Assembly: GCA_051252135.1 (NCBI GenBank)
Contig: JBPOGH010000001.1
Span: 416,001 to 480,000 of the forward strand
Length of the DNA: 64,000 nucleotides
Reading direction: 5' to 3'
Source of the DNA: Verrucomicrobiaceae bacterium
Lineage (GTDB): Bacteria > Verrucomicrobiota > Verrucomicrobiia > Verrucomicrobiales > Akkermansiaceae
Each line of letters starts with the position of its first letter. Position 1 is the stretch's first letter. Shown one piece after another: positions 17,236 through 27,438 of the stretch. The notes beneath the pieces are model-generated. The model saw only the letters and a program-made list of their open reading frames with translations. It was not told the origin of the DNA and ran no database searches. Position numbers and translations under genes: made by a program.

Positions 17236-19476
17236 ATGCCCAATCGCCATAAACTCATAGTCTTCGTTTTCGCCCTGGTTTTTCTATCCAGCTGTGATCG
17301 CCCTGATAGGACCAGTCGAACTGAGGAACGCCTCGCCGAGGAGCAATTTTTCAAGGAGGAAGCGGTGAGCTCACTCGATCAATTGACAAACCAAATGCGG
17401 GAGGCTCCCACCGCTTTTCTTCGGACTTTCAAAGACGACCCCATCCCTTGGCAGGCGTGGAACTCTTCTGTCACAGAAAAAGCACGGGCATGTCAGGCCC
17501 CCATCCTGGGTGTTGTAATATCGTCACAAAGTGAAACCAGCCGGACCGTTGTTGAATCAATCATCAGTGACCCTGACCTACTCCCCTTGTTTCGGGACAA
17601 AAACGTTTGCGCCCTCATCGATATCCACGCTCACCCTGAGTTTGCTCTCTTGAGCTATATTGTCTCTTCTGAAAATCGTAAATCTGTGGGATTTCCAATG
17701 CTTATCTGGATGAGCCATGAGGCTGCACCCCTGGGCTCGGTTGAGCTTTCCTCAACCACTTCGACCGGACTGGCCTCTGTTATCAATCACTCTTCCGCAA
17801 TGGTGGATGACATCTGGAGCAAATCTTCTGACTACGCGGTCAAGAATAGCAGGCGTGATGCGGAATCGAGACAGGCCAGAATTGATGAACTCATCGCTCC
17901 CACCGAGAATGCTAAATCAAGAAACTACCTCTTCACAAGGTACTCCAGGGAGATCTCGTCGTACTTTGATCCCATTAGCGGCAATCTTGATGGCGCTGGT
18001 GGACTGGTTCCCTCGAGCAGCCTGGAACTATTATCAATCGCCTCCCTCTCGCCCTTGGTCAGAGAAGAAATTCAAGAAAGGGCAAAGGCAGCCATCACCC
18101 GGATCAACGAAACCGTAATCTCCGGAGCCGTTCATGATCCCCTCGATGGCGGGTTCTTTCATGCCCGGCGAAGCCCCGACTGGAACATCCCCTCTTTTTC
18201 AAAATCTGCAGTTTCGCAATCTCAAATTGTGAAAGCTCTTATCAAATCTGGTGATGCAACCGGAAATCAGCATTTCACAGATAGCGGTATCCGCCTCCTC
18301 CAAAGCATCGAGAGGAATCTCATCACACCGGGATATTCCAGTAGTTCGGCGAAGGAAACTCCTACTGGTGACAATGGACTCCTTTGGGATTGGGAGACGT
18401 TAAACAAGATTCTTACTGAAACCGAACTGGCAGTCGCATCCCAAGCGTTTGACTTAAAGGAAAGCGGGAATATCCCCGCATTGGCAGACCCGGATGGTCA
18501 ATATTTCGGTCTAAATAACCTCCCCCAACCTCACGACTCCGCGTCACTCTCCAGGCTCCTCAACAAATCTGCTCCCGAGGTCAAGACGCTCCTGACCGAA
18601 GCAATCGCCAAACTTCACAAATATCGCGTTGAACAGGAAAAAATATTCCACGAAACCAGTGTCAGCACGGTCGACCACGCACAAGTCTCTCTGGCTTTCA
18701 TCGAGGCTTGGAGCGCAACCAACGACGATCAGCACCTCCAATCTGCCCTAGTGCACGCCTCCACGATCAAAAACAATCATCGTGATACCGAAGGGAGGCT
18801 CCTGCGCTTCGCCCACCCGATCAATATCTCGGCTAGGGGCGAGGACTTTGCGGCCGCTATCGGAGCCGCCACACGACTCTATCAGGCAACCCTTGATGTG
18901 ACTTGGATCGAATGGGCCACCGCACTTTTCCACGAAGCTTTTGAAGGGGCCGCAAGTATAGAATCACCCTTACTTCAGGAGGTTCAGCCCAAAGACAACA
19001 TCCTTCCCCTGCAGCTATATTCCTATTCCATGGTGTTCTCCAGCTCAACACAGGGCATTTTGGATGAGAACTCCACCCGTTTGCTGGCCTTAACCGGAGA
19101 CCCTCAATTCCAGAAGACCAGAGACGAAATTGCCAGCCGTTTGCAGCGGTCGGTCGAGCGAGCGCCAATCATTCATACCGATTTTCTGATTTCCTGTGCC
19201 CTTTCAGATGAGCCCATCATCGCCGTGATTAGGAACAAAAACGGCCCTCCAGCAGCCTCCCCACTATTGAAAGCTCTTAATGCACCTTCAATCTCCCCTT
19301 TCGTTACCATCAGGTCAGACATCCCTGATTCCTCTCTGGCTCCTCTCCCTGAATTGCCGACCGCGACCTCGGACACAGATATCGTTCTCCTCCGCTCTTC
19401 ACAGGTTTTGGGCTCGGTGAACAGCATTAGCGAATTCCGAACCCTCCTGGTTAATGCCTTCCTTGAAAAAGAATGA
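17236..19476 (+). CDS. YyaL/DUF255-like thioredoxin-domain protein, probable lipoprotein
   Basis: DDPIPWQAWN, GFPMLIWM, GAVHDPLDGGFFH, DWNIPSFSK. Signal peptide ending LSSC. ATG 17236 preferred. Confidence 0.7.
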   Translation: MPNRHKLIVFVFALVFLSSCDRPDRTSRTEERLAEEQFFKEEAVSSLDQLTNQMREAPTAFLRTFKDDPIPWQAWNSSVTEKARACQAPILGVVISSQSETSRTVVESIISDPDLLPLFRDKNVCALIDIHAHPEFALLSYIVSSENRKSVGFPMLIWMSHEAAPLGSVELSSTTSTGLASVINHSSAMVDDIWSKSSDYAVKNSRRDAESRQARIDELIAPTENAKSRNYLFTRYSREISSYFDPISGNLDGAGGLVPSSSLELLSIASLSPLVREEIQERAKAAITRINETVISGAVHDPLDGGFFHARRSPDWNIPSFSKSAVSQSQIVKALIKSGDATGNQHFTDSGIRLLQSIERNLITPGYSSSSAKETPTGDNGLLWDWETLNKILTETELAVASQAFDLKESGNIPALADPDGQYFGLNNLPQPHDSASLSRLLNKSAPEVKTLLTEAIAKLHKYRVEQEKIFHETSVSTVDHAQVSLAFIEAWSATNDDQHLQSALVHASTIKNNHRDTEGRLLRFAHPINISARGEDFAAAIGAATRLYQATLDVTWIEWATALFHEAFEGAASIESPLLQEVQPKDNILPLQLYSYSMVFSSSTQGILDENSTRLLALTGDPQFQKTRDEIASRLQRSVERAPIIHTDFLISCALSDEPIIAVIRNKNGPPAASPLLKALNAPSISPFVTIRSDIPDSSLAPLPELPTATSDTDIVLLRSSQVLGSVNSISEFRTLLVNAFLEKE

Positions 19477-19512
19477 TTGGCACTTCGTTTGGGGTCGCTA
19501 AGTTGTCCCTGC

Positions 19513-20811
19513 ATGCAAAACAAAGCTGTTTTATCAATTTTTATCGTCTCCGCCCTTGGACTCGGAGTTACCCTTGCAGATAAGATTACGCTAAAATCAG
19601 GCCAGGTCATCGAAGGTCGGGTTCTGGAGGAACAAGGAGAGAATTACCTCCTTGAGGTCCAAGTCACCGCGTCCATCAGAGACCGTAAGACGGTAGCTAA
19701 AAGCGAGGTTGCCTCCATTGAGAAAGAAGCTCCGGATAAAAAGCCCTTCGAAGAGCTGGCGGACATTCTCCCCACAGGCGATCAAATGCCTGCCGGAGCC
19801 TATAATCACCTCATCGAAAATCGCGTCAAACCATTCCTCTCCGAGTTCCCTAAATCCAAGCACGCCCCCAAGGTCAAGGAAATGCTCAGCACCTTGGAGG
19901 AAGAGCTTGGGAGAGTAGAGGCCGGCGATATCAAGCTGGAGGGACAATGGATTGCCAAGGAAGATTGGGATTCCAATGCGATCGAACTCGATGCCCAACT
20001 CGAACTTGGCAACATGAAAAAGGCTGCCGCAAGGAAACAGTTTCGCTCAGCGATGCAATCCTACGAAAAAATTTCCCGACACTTTGCCGGCACCGAGTCG
20101 GAATCCAAAGCAAAAGACCTGGCTACCCGACTTCTTCAGGCTTATCTCCCGATCGTCAGCGCCAAGGCAAACAGCGCTCGTGACAAGGTCGCTAAACGAA
20201 AAAGCATCATTGCCAACCTTCCTGCGAGAGATGTCCCTCGGGTAAAGGCCGAATTTGCAGCCCAAGAGAAACGTCATCAGGCTGCCTTGGCCGAAGCCAG
20301 GGAACTCAAAACCAAATGGCTCCCGATTAACGACCTTGACGAAAGAACTCTCAAAACGCTTGAGCGAAATATTCAGTCGGAGTTGAAGAACCTGGAACGA
20401 CCTCCCCGCAGCAACACCAATCCTGCCGAACTTTACCGTGAAGGCTGGGCCGCTGCAAGTGAGGGCGATACTGCCGCCGTACAGCGAATCATCTCCAATC
20501 TTCGCTCCGCTAAAGTAGACGCAAAATATCAGGACCTCCTGCTCGCTCAACTTGAAGCCAACCCCGCCCCAGAGCCTCCCAAGGAAGAAAAAGTGGAAGA
20601 CACCATCGTAAAGGATGACGAGGCTAAATCCGCCGCGGAAAAGGAAAAGAAGCAGAAAAAGAACCGTCCTCTTGCTGAGGATAACGACGATCTCCCTGCC
20701 GGCGACGAAGAAGAATCATCGATGATGCCGTTGATTTACGCTATCCTTGGTTTGGCCGTGATTGGGATTTTAGTGGGAGTGGTTCTCAAGAATCGGAAGT
20801 CCAAAGAATAA
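19513..20811 (+). CDS. Exported, C-terminally anchored hypothetical protein (resembles the Verrucomicrobial PTPDL family)
   Basis: Signal peptide, ADKITLKSGQVIEGRVL start, ILPTGDQ motif, C-terminal TM helix plus basic tail. Confidence 0.65.
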   Translation: MQNKAVLSIFIVSALGLGVTLADKITLKSGQVIEGRVLEEQGENYLLEVQVTASIRDRKTVAKSEVASIEKEAPDKKPFEELADILPTGDQMPAGAYNHLIENRVKPFLSEFPKSKHAPKVKEMLSTLEEELGRVEAGDIKLEGQWIAKEDWDSNAIELDAQLELGNMKKAAARKQFRSAMQSYEKISRHFAGTESESKAKDLATRLLQAYLPIVSAKANSARDKVAKRKSIIANLPARDVPRVKAEFAAQEKRHQAALAEARELKTKWLPINDLDERTLKTLERNIQSELKNLERPPRSNTNPAELYREGWAAASEGDTAAVQRIISNLRSAKVDAKYQDLLLAQLEANPAPEPPKEEKVEDTIVKDDEAKSAAEKEKKQKKNRPLAEDNDDLPAGDEEESSMMPLIYAILGLAVIGILVGVVLKNRKSKE

Positions 20812-20826
20812 AAGTAGAAGCTCTCT

Positions 20827-21417
20827 ATGAACGAACGAACGGCGTCCCAAAACCGCGAAACAGCTGAGACGCGCATCAACCTGTCCCTTAATCTGGATGG
20901 AGAAGGCGTGTCAAAGATCGATACCGGAGTTCCTTTCTTCGATCATATGCTAACGCTTTTTTCGCGTCACTCCGCGATTGATCTTGAGGTAACAGTCAAA
21001 GGTGATGTCGAGGTTGATTATCACCACACTGTTGAAGACACCGGTATTGTCTTGGGCGAATGCCTCAAACAGGCACTTGGCGACAAGAGCGGCATCCGTA
21101 GATATGGGCACGCCTACATTCCAATGGACGAGACCCTCAGCCGCACTGTGATTGACCTGAGTAACCGACCCCACCTCGAATTTAAGGCCCCGGAATCCAC
21201 CCCCTCGGCCCAGAACTTTCCATTCACCTACGTCGAAGAATTTTGCCGGGCGGTAACTGCCAATCTCCGGGCTAACATTCATATTGAACTCCTCTATGGT
21301 CGTGATGGGCACCACATTGCGGAATCCATTTTTAAATCTCTTGCTCGAGCACTTAGGGTCGCCATTGAAAAGGACCCTCGCCAGGTTGGTATTCCTTCCA
21401 CCAAGGAAATCCTTTGA
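20827..21417 (+). CDS. hisB: Imidazoleglycerol-phosphate dehydratase
   Basis: TGVPFFDHML, HHTVEDTGI, PMDETL, GHHIAESIFK, PSTKEIL. Confidence 0.95.
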   Translation: MNERTASQNRETAETRINLSLNLDGEGVSKIDTGVPFFDHMLTLFSRHSAIDLEVTVKGDVEVDYHHTVEDTGIVLGECLKQALGDKSGIRRYGHAYIPMDETLSRTVIDLSNRPHLEFKAPESTPSAQNFPFTYVEEFCRAVTANLRANIHIELLYGRDGHHIAESIFKSLARALRVAIEKDPRQVGIPSTKEIL

Positions 21418-21421
21418 TTTA

Positions 21422-22033
21422 ATGAAATTGGGCATGATCGACTACGGCCGGGGAAACCTCCGGAGCGTGATGAACGCCTGTATTTCTCTTGGTCACGAAC
21501 CAATATTGGTGACGGGCCCTGAGCAATTGCAGAACCTAACCCACATAATATTTCCCGGCCAAGGCGCTTTTGGAGACTGTATGGAGAGCCTCGATCGACT
21601 TGGGTTGACGGAACCTCTCCGCAAGTGGATCCAGGACGACCGCCCATACTTCGGCATCTGTGTGGGATATCAGCTTCTTTTTGCCTCAAGTGAAGAATCT
21701 CCCGGCACACAGGGCCTCGGAGTTATTGACGGCTTTTGCAGGCATTTTTCAAGAACCGGAAAAAAGATTCCCCATATGGGATGGAATGCTCTCAGTATTC
21801 ACTATCCCCAATCACCCTATTGGAAAAATCTACAGGATGCTCCCTACTTCTACTTTGTGCACTCCTATTACCCCACCTCGGTAAAGGCAGAGGAAATCGC
21901 CGCAACGTGTACGTATGGTGACGAAACATTCTGCGCTGCCATTGAACGGGGAAATTTGCTGGCTACTCAATTTCACCCGGAGAAAAGCCAGCATGCCGGA
22001 CTCCAGTTGCTCGAGAACTTCCTCGGAAAATAA
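21422..22033 (+). CDS. hisH: Imidazole glycerol phosphate synthase glutaminase subunit
   Basis: IDYGRGNLRSV, PGQGAF, GICVGYQLL, PHMGWN, YFVHSY, QFHPEKS. Start at ATG 21422. Confidence 0.95.
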   Translation: MKLGMIDYGRGNLRSVMNACISLGHEPILVTGPEQLQNLTHIIFPGQGAFGDCMESLDRLGLTEPLRKWIQDDRPYFGICVGYQLLFASSEESPGTQGLGVIDGFCRHFSRTGKKIPHMGWNALSIHYPQSPYWKNLQDAPYFYFVHSYYPTSVKAEEIAATCTYGDETFCAAIERGNLLATQFHPEKSQHAGLQLLENFLGK

Positions 22034-22067
22034 AAACGGCCCGGACGAAAAACTCGTCGGGCCGTTT
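22034..22067. terminator. Probable bidirectional terminator between convergent hisH and dnaN
   Basis: AAACGGCCC(G)GACGA-loop-TCGTCGGGCCGTTT inverted repeat. Confidence 0.75.
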
Positions 22068-22089
22068 ATATGGAAAAATGTCCGTTTGA

Positions 22090-23187
22090 TCAGGAAGTCA
22101 CGCGCATGGGCATCAGAACATAAAGGAACGCATCCTCTGTCCTAAGCACACCGGGGCTCATCTCGTCAATGAGGTCCAGATGGATTTCCTCATCATCCAA
22201 CGCTCGCAAAGGGGCCTGAAGAAAATCAGGATTGAAAGCAATGGCAAATTCCTTGCCGCTATACTTCACTTCAACCGATTCATTGGCTTCCCCAATATCA
22301 GGGCTGTTCGCAGCAACTCCCAACTCGTTTGCACCGAAGGTGAGCTTGACTGAATTGGACTTCTCGGAAGAAAGAAGAGCAACCCGTCGAACAGTTTCCA
22401 AAAGAGCCTCACGACCTACCGTCAATCGCTCCTTTGTTTCACCAGGAATAACCTGACGATAATTCGGGTAATTCCCTTCAATCAGCTTACTCACAATGAT
22501 GCTGCTGCCAACTTCGAAACAAACCTGATTATCACTCAAACGTAAGGTCAAATCACCTTCCGACCCCAGTAGCCGCTGAAGTTCCTGAACGGCTTTGGTT
22601 GGGACGATAAAGTCTGTTTCGTGACTGGCTGGAAATTCCAATTCGTTGTCAACCATCGCCAATCGCCGACCATCGGTAGCAACGAGAGTCAGCTTACCCT
22701 CTTTGAATGAGGTGAAGATTCCATTGAGAACATAACGGGTCTCATCAGTGGAAATCGCGTAAGAAGTTTTCTTGAGACCGTCCAACAGCAGAGCTTGGGG
22801 AATGGTATACTCCTTGGAATCGCTGAAATCAGCCAAAGGAGGGAATTCGGCATCAGGAAGTCCGATGATCTTAAAAAAACTGGGACCACTGCTAATGCTC
22901 GCCACGTTCTTGGCGTCCACCGAGACCTCCACCTCCGCGGCAGGAAGCTCTCGGATGATGTTCACCAACCGTTTTACCGGCAAGGTCGTAGCTCCGGTCT
23001 TACTGACCTCGGCTTCAGCTGTCCCGCTAACACCCACGTCCAGATCAGTCGTCGTTAGACGAAGCCCTGACTCAGATGCCTCAATGAGAACATTAGACAA
23101 AATCGGCAGAGTCGTACGACTACTCACCACATGCTGGACTTGTTGCAGCCCATCCAAAAAAGCCTCTTTCGCGATCCGAAACTTCAT
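22090..23187 (-). CDS. dnaN: DNA polymerase III beta clamp
   Basis: LPILSNVLI, DETRYVLNG, VATDGRRLA, LIEGNYPNYRQVIP, YVLMPMR. Confidence 0.97.
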   Translation of the reverse strand: MKFRIAKEAFLDGLQQVQHVVSSRTTLPILSNVLIEASESGLRLTTTDLDVGVSGTAEAEVSKTGATTLPVKRLVNIIRELPAAEVEVSVDAKNVASISSGPSFFKIIGLPDAEFPPLADFSDSKEYTIPQALLLDGLKKTSYAISTDETRYVLNGIFTSFKEGKLTLVATDGRRLAMVDNELEFPASHETDFIVPTKAVQELQRLLGSEGDLTLRLSDNQVCFEVGSSIIVSKLIEGNYPNYRQVIPGETKERLTVGREALLETVRRVALLSSEKSNSVKLTFGANELGVAANSPDIGEANESVEVKYSGKEFAIAFNPDFLQAPLRALDDEEIHLDLIDEMSPGVLRTEDAFLYVLMPMRVTS

Positions 23188-23275
23188 ACCATTAAATGCC
23201 CACTCAGGACTAAGGACAAGCTGCCCTTAGTGACATGACTTGGCAAGTATTTCCTTAAGAAAGGAGAAAGGTTTA

Positions 23276-24736
23276 TCAGCGTTGCAAAAGCACAATCAAC
23301 TTCTCGACCACAGCCTTCACCTCAACATTCGTCTCAATCTCCTGTTCAACACGCTTACAGGCATGAATAACTGTCCCATGATCCCGGCGGCCAAAGGCCT
23401 CCCCGATCTCAACCAATGAGTGATTCGTCAGTTGCCGGCTGAGGGCCATTGCGATTTGTCTCGGGAATGCGATGCTAGCAGGCCGACGCCGGCTGGTCAT
23501 ATCAGCCAGGCTGAGATCAAAATGCTCGCACACCGCCTTCTGAATCGAATCGACGGTGATTTGACGTGAATTTTCATCACGCACCAAATCTCGCAACAAC
23601 TCATCCACTTTCGCTATCGTCATCGTTTCCGATGAGAGGAAGCTGAAACTGGCCACTCGAGTAAGAGCTCCCTCAAGTCTTCGAACATTGCTCTGGATCA
23701 AATTGGCAATATGAAAAATAACTTCATCCTCAAGAACCACGTTCCATTGCTCCATCTTCCGCTTCAGAATTGCCACTCTGGTTTCAAATCCCGGAGGTTG
23801 CAGCTCAACGGTCAATCCACTTTCGAACCGGCTTACAAGTCGGGGCTCAAGCTGTTGGATTTCCGGCGCCGGTCGGTCACAAGTGAAAACCAGTTGGGTC
23901 CGTGTATTTAACAGTGAGCTGAACGTGTGGAAAAACTCATCCTGGGTTCGCTCCTTGCCAGCCAAGAATTGAATATCGTCGATCAACATCACATCGGCTG
24001 TCCGGTAGGATTTCCGGAATGCATCCAAACTCCCCTTACGGACGGCCTCAATAAATTCATTGGCAAATTGCTCTGCCGTCAAAAACACCACCTTCGCCTT
24101 GGGATCACTGAGTAAAAGCTCGTGAGCAATCGCCGACATCAAATGGGTTTTTCCCAGTCCCGCCCGACCATGGATGAATAACGGATTGAAACTTCGGCCC
24201 TCCCCTGTTGCCACTGCTGAACATGCGGCGTGGGCGAACTGACTGTTATCACCTACAACAAAATTTGCGAAGTCCAACTCGGGATTGATCCCCAATCGCT
24301 TCAATTTGCGCTCGAGTGCCGCATTGTCCTGCTTGTCTTCAACAGGCTTCATCACCTTGACTTGATCGCTTGCAAGTGCCGCACCCTTTGCAGCCACCGT
24401 CACCTCTGGTGGCACTTCCTCGCCGTGAACGGCAATCACCGGAGCAGCATGAATTCCTGCGCCCTCGGCAAATGCCGCTCGTACCTCATCCATGTAATTG
24501 GTCTCGATCCAGATTTGCTGCATGTCCGACTGGACCAAGATGACCGCAGCTCCGCGTGGATCATTCTCGGCCATTTCTGCATTTCTAAACCAGCGATTGA
24601 ATGCGTCAGGACTCAGATACTCCCCCAACTTCGTTTTAACTTTTTCCCAATTTTTTTGACTTTCGCCACCTTTGACCATTTCAATTTCATGATCCTTCGA
24701 TCCACTTTCATGACCCCCTTCGATCTCGTTTTTCAT
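23276..24736 (-). CDS. dnaA: Chromosomal replication initiator DnaA
   Basis: FANFVVGDNSQFA, NPLFIHGRAGLGKTHL, LIDDIQF, SNVRRLEGAL, RQIAM, FGRRDHGTVIHA. Confidence 0.96.
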   Translation of the reverse strand: MKNEIEGGHESGSKDHEIEMVKGGESQKNWEKVKTKLGEYLSPDAFNRWFRNAEMAENDPRGAAVILVQSDMQQIWIETNYMDEVRAAFAEGAGIHAAPVIAVHGEEVPPEVTVAAKGAALASDQVKVMKPVEDKQDNAALERKLKRLGINPELDFANFVVGDNSQFAHAACSAVATGEGRSFNPLFIHGRAGLGKTHLMSAIAHELLLSDPKAKVVFLTAEQFANEFIEAVRKGSLDAFRKSYRTADVMLIDDIQFLAGKERTQDEFFHTFSSLLNTRTQLVFTCDRPAPEIQQLEPRLVSRFESGLTVELQPPGFETRVAILKRKMEQWNVVLEDEVIFHIANLIQSNVRRLEGALTRVASFSFLSSETMTIAKVDELLRDLVRDENSRQITVDSIQKAVCEHFDLSLADMTSRRRPASIAFPRQIAMALSRQLTNHSLVEIGEAFGRRDHGTVIHACKRVEQEIETNVEVKAVVEKLIVLLQR

Positions 24737-24842
24737 TAGCTACTACGGAATACAGACTTGGTGTTTAAAAGTGCGGAACGGCTACTCCAATCCGCCACTC
24801 GTTTAGGTGACAACAGACCGATCATTGGGCAGATTGGGAAGC

Positions 24843-24921
24843 TGTGAAAAAACAAAAGAATAAGAAAAAATCTGTGGTTGATTTCCACAAGTGTTCCACG
24901 ACTTTTTGCAAAATTTTCACG
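24843..24921. promoter_or_regulatory. Cluster of DnaA-box-like 9-mers and an A-rich tract upstream of dnaA
   Basis: TGTGAAAAA 24843-51 (revcomp matches TTWTNCACA), TGTGGTTGA 24873-81, ATTTCCACA 24881-89, TGTTCCACG 24892-900, ATTTTCACG 24913-21. Confidence 0.6.
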
Positions 24922-24947
24922 GTGATAGATTTCTTAAGGGAACTAAA

Positions 24948-26570
24948 TCACCCCTCCTTTGTCCCAAATACCCGACCTCCAAAAAGCCCTCCGGCAACAG
25001 TCAATATGGTCCCAATCGGCCACATCCAGGAAGAGTTGAAACTCGACTTTAATTGCCCTCCCTCAAGGTAATAACTCGGGAGGATCGAGAGCCATCCATT
25101 GAGATCCAAACCAGCTCGTTCCACAATCACCCAGATGTCGGTCCGCACCATCATCGTGATGAAGAACGAGATGACCGAACCAATCAGTATCCCCCTAAAA
25201 GAACCTTTGCCCCACAGCGCACAAAGGAACATCCCAAGCAATGGACCCATCGTGTATGTCGTCATCCCGAAAGCCAGATCGAGAATTGGAATCTTAAGCT
25301 GTTCTCTTGCGTAGTTCATTACCAATGTGAATAGCGTTAGGGTAATCCCCCAAAATACCACCCACTTCCGGGACTGGCTTACCAACTGTGTCTGACTAAT
25401 CTTGCCCGCCCCATTCTCCGGATGATGGATCAGGGAAATTGTCGTCTGGCTCAGCGCTGCCAATATTGAATCGAGACTCGAGATTGCAGCAGCAAAGACA
25501 CCCGCTAAAATGAGCCCTGCCAACCCGGGAGGCAACTCACTGACAATCCAGATCGGAAACACCTCCGCAGCCGCAGCCGGCGTTCCCCCTTCTGCCAAAG
25601 TTGCCGGCTTCCCATCCTTCATGAAGGACAAATTATCCGCCACAACTCCCTCCGGCGGATTGTTCAAGTAGAACACATAAAGCGCCGCGCCGACAAGGAG
25701 CATCAGATACGTCAACGCCTGTCCGACGGAACTGAAAATAATCGCCTTCCGCGCGTCTCCTGCATTGCGACAGCAAAACATTCTCTGCGCATTCAGCTGA
25801 TCGACCCCAAATGCTGTTAGGTTTTGGAACGGAACCGCAATGATAGCCACCCAGAAGGTGAAATTGAATGCCGGCCCCCACCCAAAATCGTCGTTCCACA
25901 TCCGCGTTTTACCGGCAGCGTCAGCCTCTGACCAGAACGTAGCCCAGCCCCCGTCCAGTGAAGAGACCACCCAGAAAACCGTGATCAATCCACCCACAGT
26001 GAAGAGAACAAACTGCATCACATCCGTCCAAATCACTGTCCGCATCCCTCCCATGAGAGTCCACCCGATGGCGAATACCCCGATTACCAAAATACAAAGA
26101 TCGAAAGACCACCCGGTCACCACGGTCAAGGGAAGAGCCGCCACCAAAACCCGCACACTCTGGCCAAGAATTGAGCCCACTGTAAAAAACACCGTCGCCA
26201 GAGTCTTTAGCTGCGGCTTGATCCGCTTACCCATGTAATCGTATGGACTATAGATCTCGTCTTCATAAAATACCTTCACAAACCATACTCCCACAATCAC
26301 CCGGCCAATCACCGATCCAATCCCCCAGAGCATATAGGTGAAATCCCCGTTTGCGGCCATCACACCTCCCGGCACACCAATAAAGGTCACCCCACTGATC
26401 TCTGTCGCGATAATCGATCCCGATACCGCCCACCAAGGCAACGATTTCCCACCTGCAAAAAAGTCCTTAATTGTTGCCTGTTTCCCTCCCATGTAGTGCC
26501 CGATCACAGTGGTCAAAATCAAATAACCAAAAAGAACCGCCACGTCCCAAGGAGTAAAAAAGTCTGCCAT
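24948..26570 (-). CDS. Sodium:solute symporter (SSS) family transporter
   Basis: FFAGGKSLPWWAVSGSIIATEIS, GGMRTVIWTDVMQF, FAAAISSLDS, many TM helices. Confidence 0.9.
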   Translation of the reverse strand: MADFFTPWDVAVLFGYLILTTVIGHYMGGKQATIKDFFAGGKSLPWWAVSGSIIATEISGVTFIGVPGGVMAANGDFTYMLWGIGSVIGRVIVGVWFVKVFYEDEIYSPYDYMGKRIKPQLKTLATVFFTVGSILGQSVRVLVAALPLTVVTGWSFDLCILVIGVFAIGWTLMGGMRTVIWTDVMQFVLFTVGGLITVFWVVSSLDGGWATFWSEADAAGKTRMWNDDFGWGPAFNFTFWVAIIAVPFQNLTAFGVDQLNAQRMFCCRNAGDARKAIIFSSVGQALTYLMLLVGAALYVFYLNNPPEGVVADNLSFMKDGKPATLAEGGTPAAAAEVFPIWIVSELPPGLAGLILAGVFAAAISSLDSILAALSQTTISLIHHPENGAGKISQTQLVSQSRKWVVFWGITLTLFTLVMNYAREQLKIPILDLAFGMTTYTMGPLLGMFLCALWGKGSFRGILIGSVISFFITMMVRTDIWVIVERAGLDLNGWLSILPSYYLEGGQLKSSFNSSWMWPIGTILTVAGGLFGGRVFGTKEG

Positions 26571-26685
26571 GCCGCAAATCTGTCCACTTGCTTCCTCGTT
26601 GTCGATAATCCTCTTCTAGGTGACATTAGTCTTGTGACCAGGAGACCCTCGCCCTAGTTTTCAGAAACCTTCCAAGGAGGACAGT

Positions 26686-27438
26686 ATTTCCGACCAAAAG
26701 AGTAGAATCGTTGGCATTATCCCGGCCCGTTGGGCCTCCTCCCGCTTCCCCGGAAAGCCCCTCTTCCCGCTTCTCGGCAAGCCCCTGCTTCAACACGTTT
26801 TCGAACGCGCAGCGCGATGCCACGAGTTGGATGAGCTTATCGTCGCAACGGATGACGACAGAATCATCGAACTCTGTGAAGCCATCGAGGCCCGGGTCAT
26901 CAGGACACGCGCCGACCACCCTACCGGAACTGATCGCATCGCCGAAGCCGCCGATGCTCTCGACGACGCAACTCACGTAATCAACATTCAAGGAGACGAA
27001 CCGCTCCTCGATCCCGCATTGGTCGACACCCTTGCAAAGACACTCCGCGATGATCTCACCCTACCCATGATCACCGCTGCTAGTCCGGTGACCGAGGATG
27101 CCCTGATTTGCGACTCCAATGTGGTTAAGGTCACCATCTCCGGAAATGGCAACGCCCTTTACTTCTCACGCTCCCCCATTCCATTTCGACGGGACCTAAC
27201 GACTCAGATCCCTACCTACCGGCACTTGGGCATATATGGGTATCGCACGGATTTCCTCCGCCATTTTGTGTCCCTTCCCCCTTCCGCCCTCGAAATCTGT
27301 GAAGGTCTCGAGCAACTCAGGGCCCTTGAAGACGGTGCCTGCATCCGTGTTCACATCACAGAACATGAGGCGATCGGCCTCGACTCTCCTGATCAAGTTC
27401 CCCTCATTGAATCCCTTCTCTCATCCACCCGCTCATGA
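26686..27438 (+). CDS. kdsB: 3-deoxy-manno-octulosonate cytidylyltransferase; probable ATT start
   Basis: The conserved N-terminal motif [16 protein letters not shown] lies upstream of the ORF-track start (26827). Also [45 protein letters not shown] at 26674-80 precedes ATT 26686. Confidence 0.92.
   Translation: MSDQKSRIVGIIPARWASSRFPGKPLFPLLGKPLLQHVFERAARCHELDELIVATDDDRIIELCEAIEARVIRTRADHPTGTDRIAEAADALDDATHVINIQGDEPLLDPALVDTLAKTLRDDLTLPMITAASPVTEDALICDSNVVKVTISGNGNALYFSRSPIPFRRDLTTQIPTYRHLGIYGYRTDFLRHFVSLPPSALEICEGLEQLRALEDGACIRVHITEHEAIGLDSPDQVPLIESLLSSTRS

Noticed and set aside
26711..26980. ORF 26711..26980 suggesting a frameshifted or pseudogenised kdsB
   Set aside because: The KdsB N-terminal motif is in the same frame as the rest of kdsB, so no frameshift is needed, only a non-canonical start.
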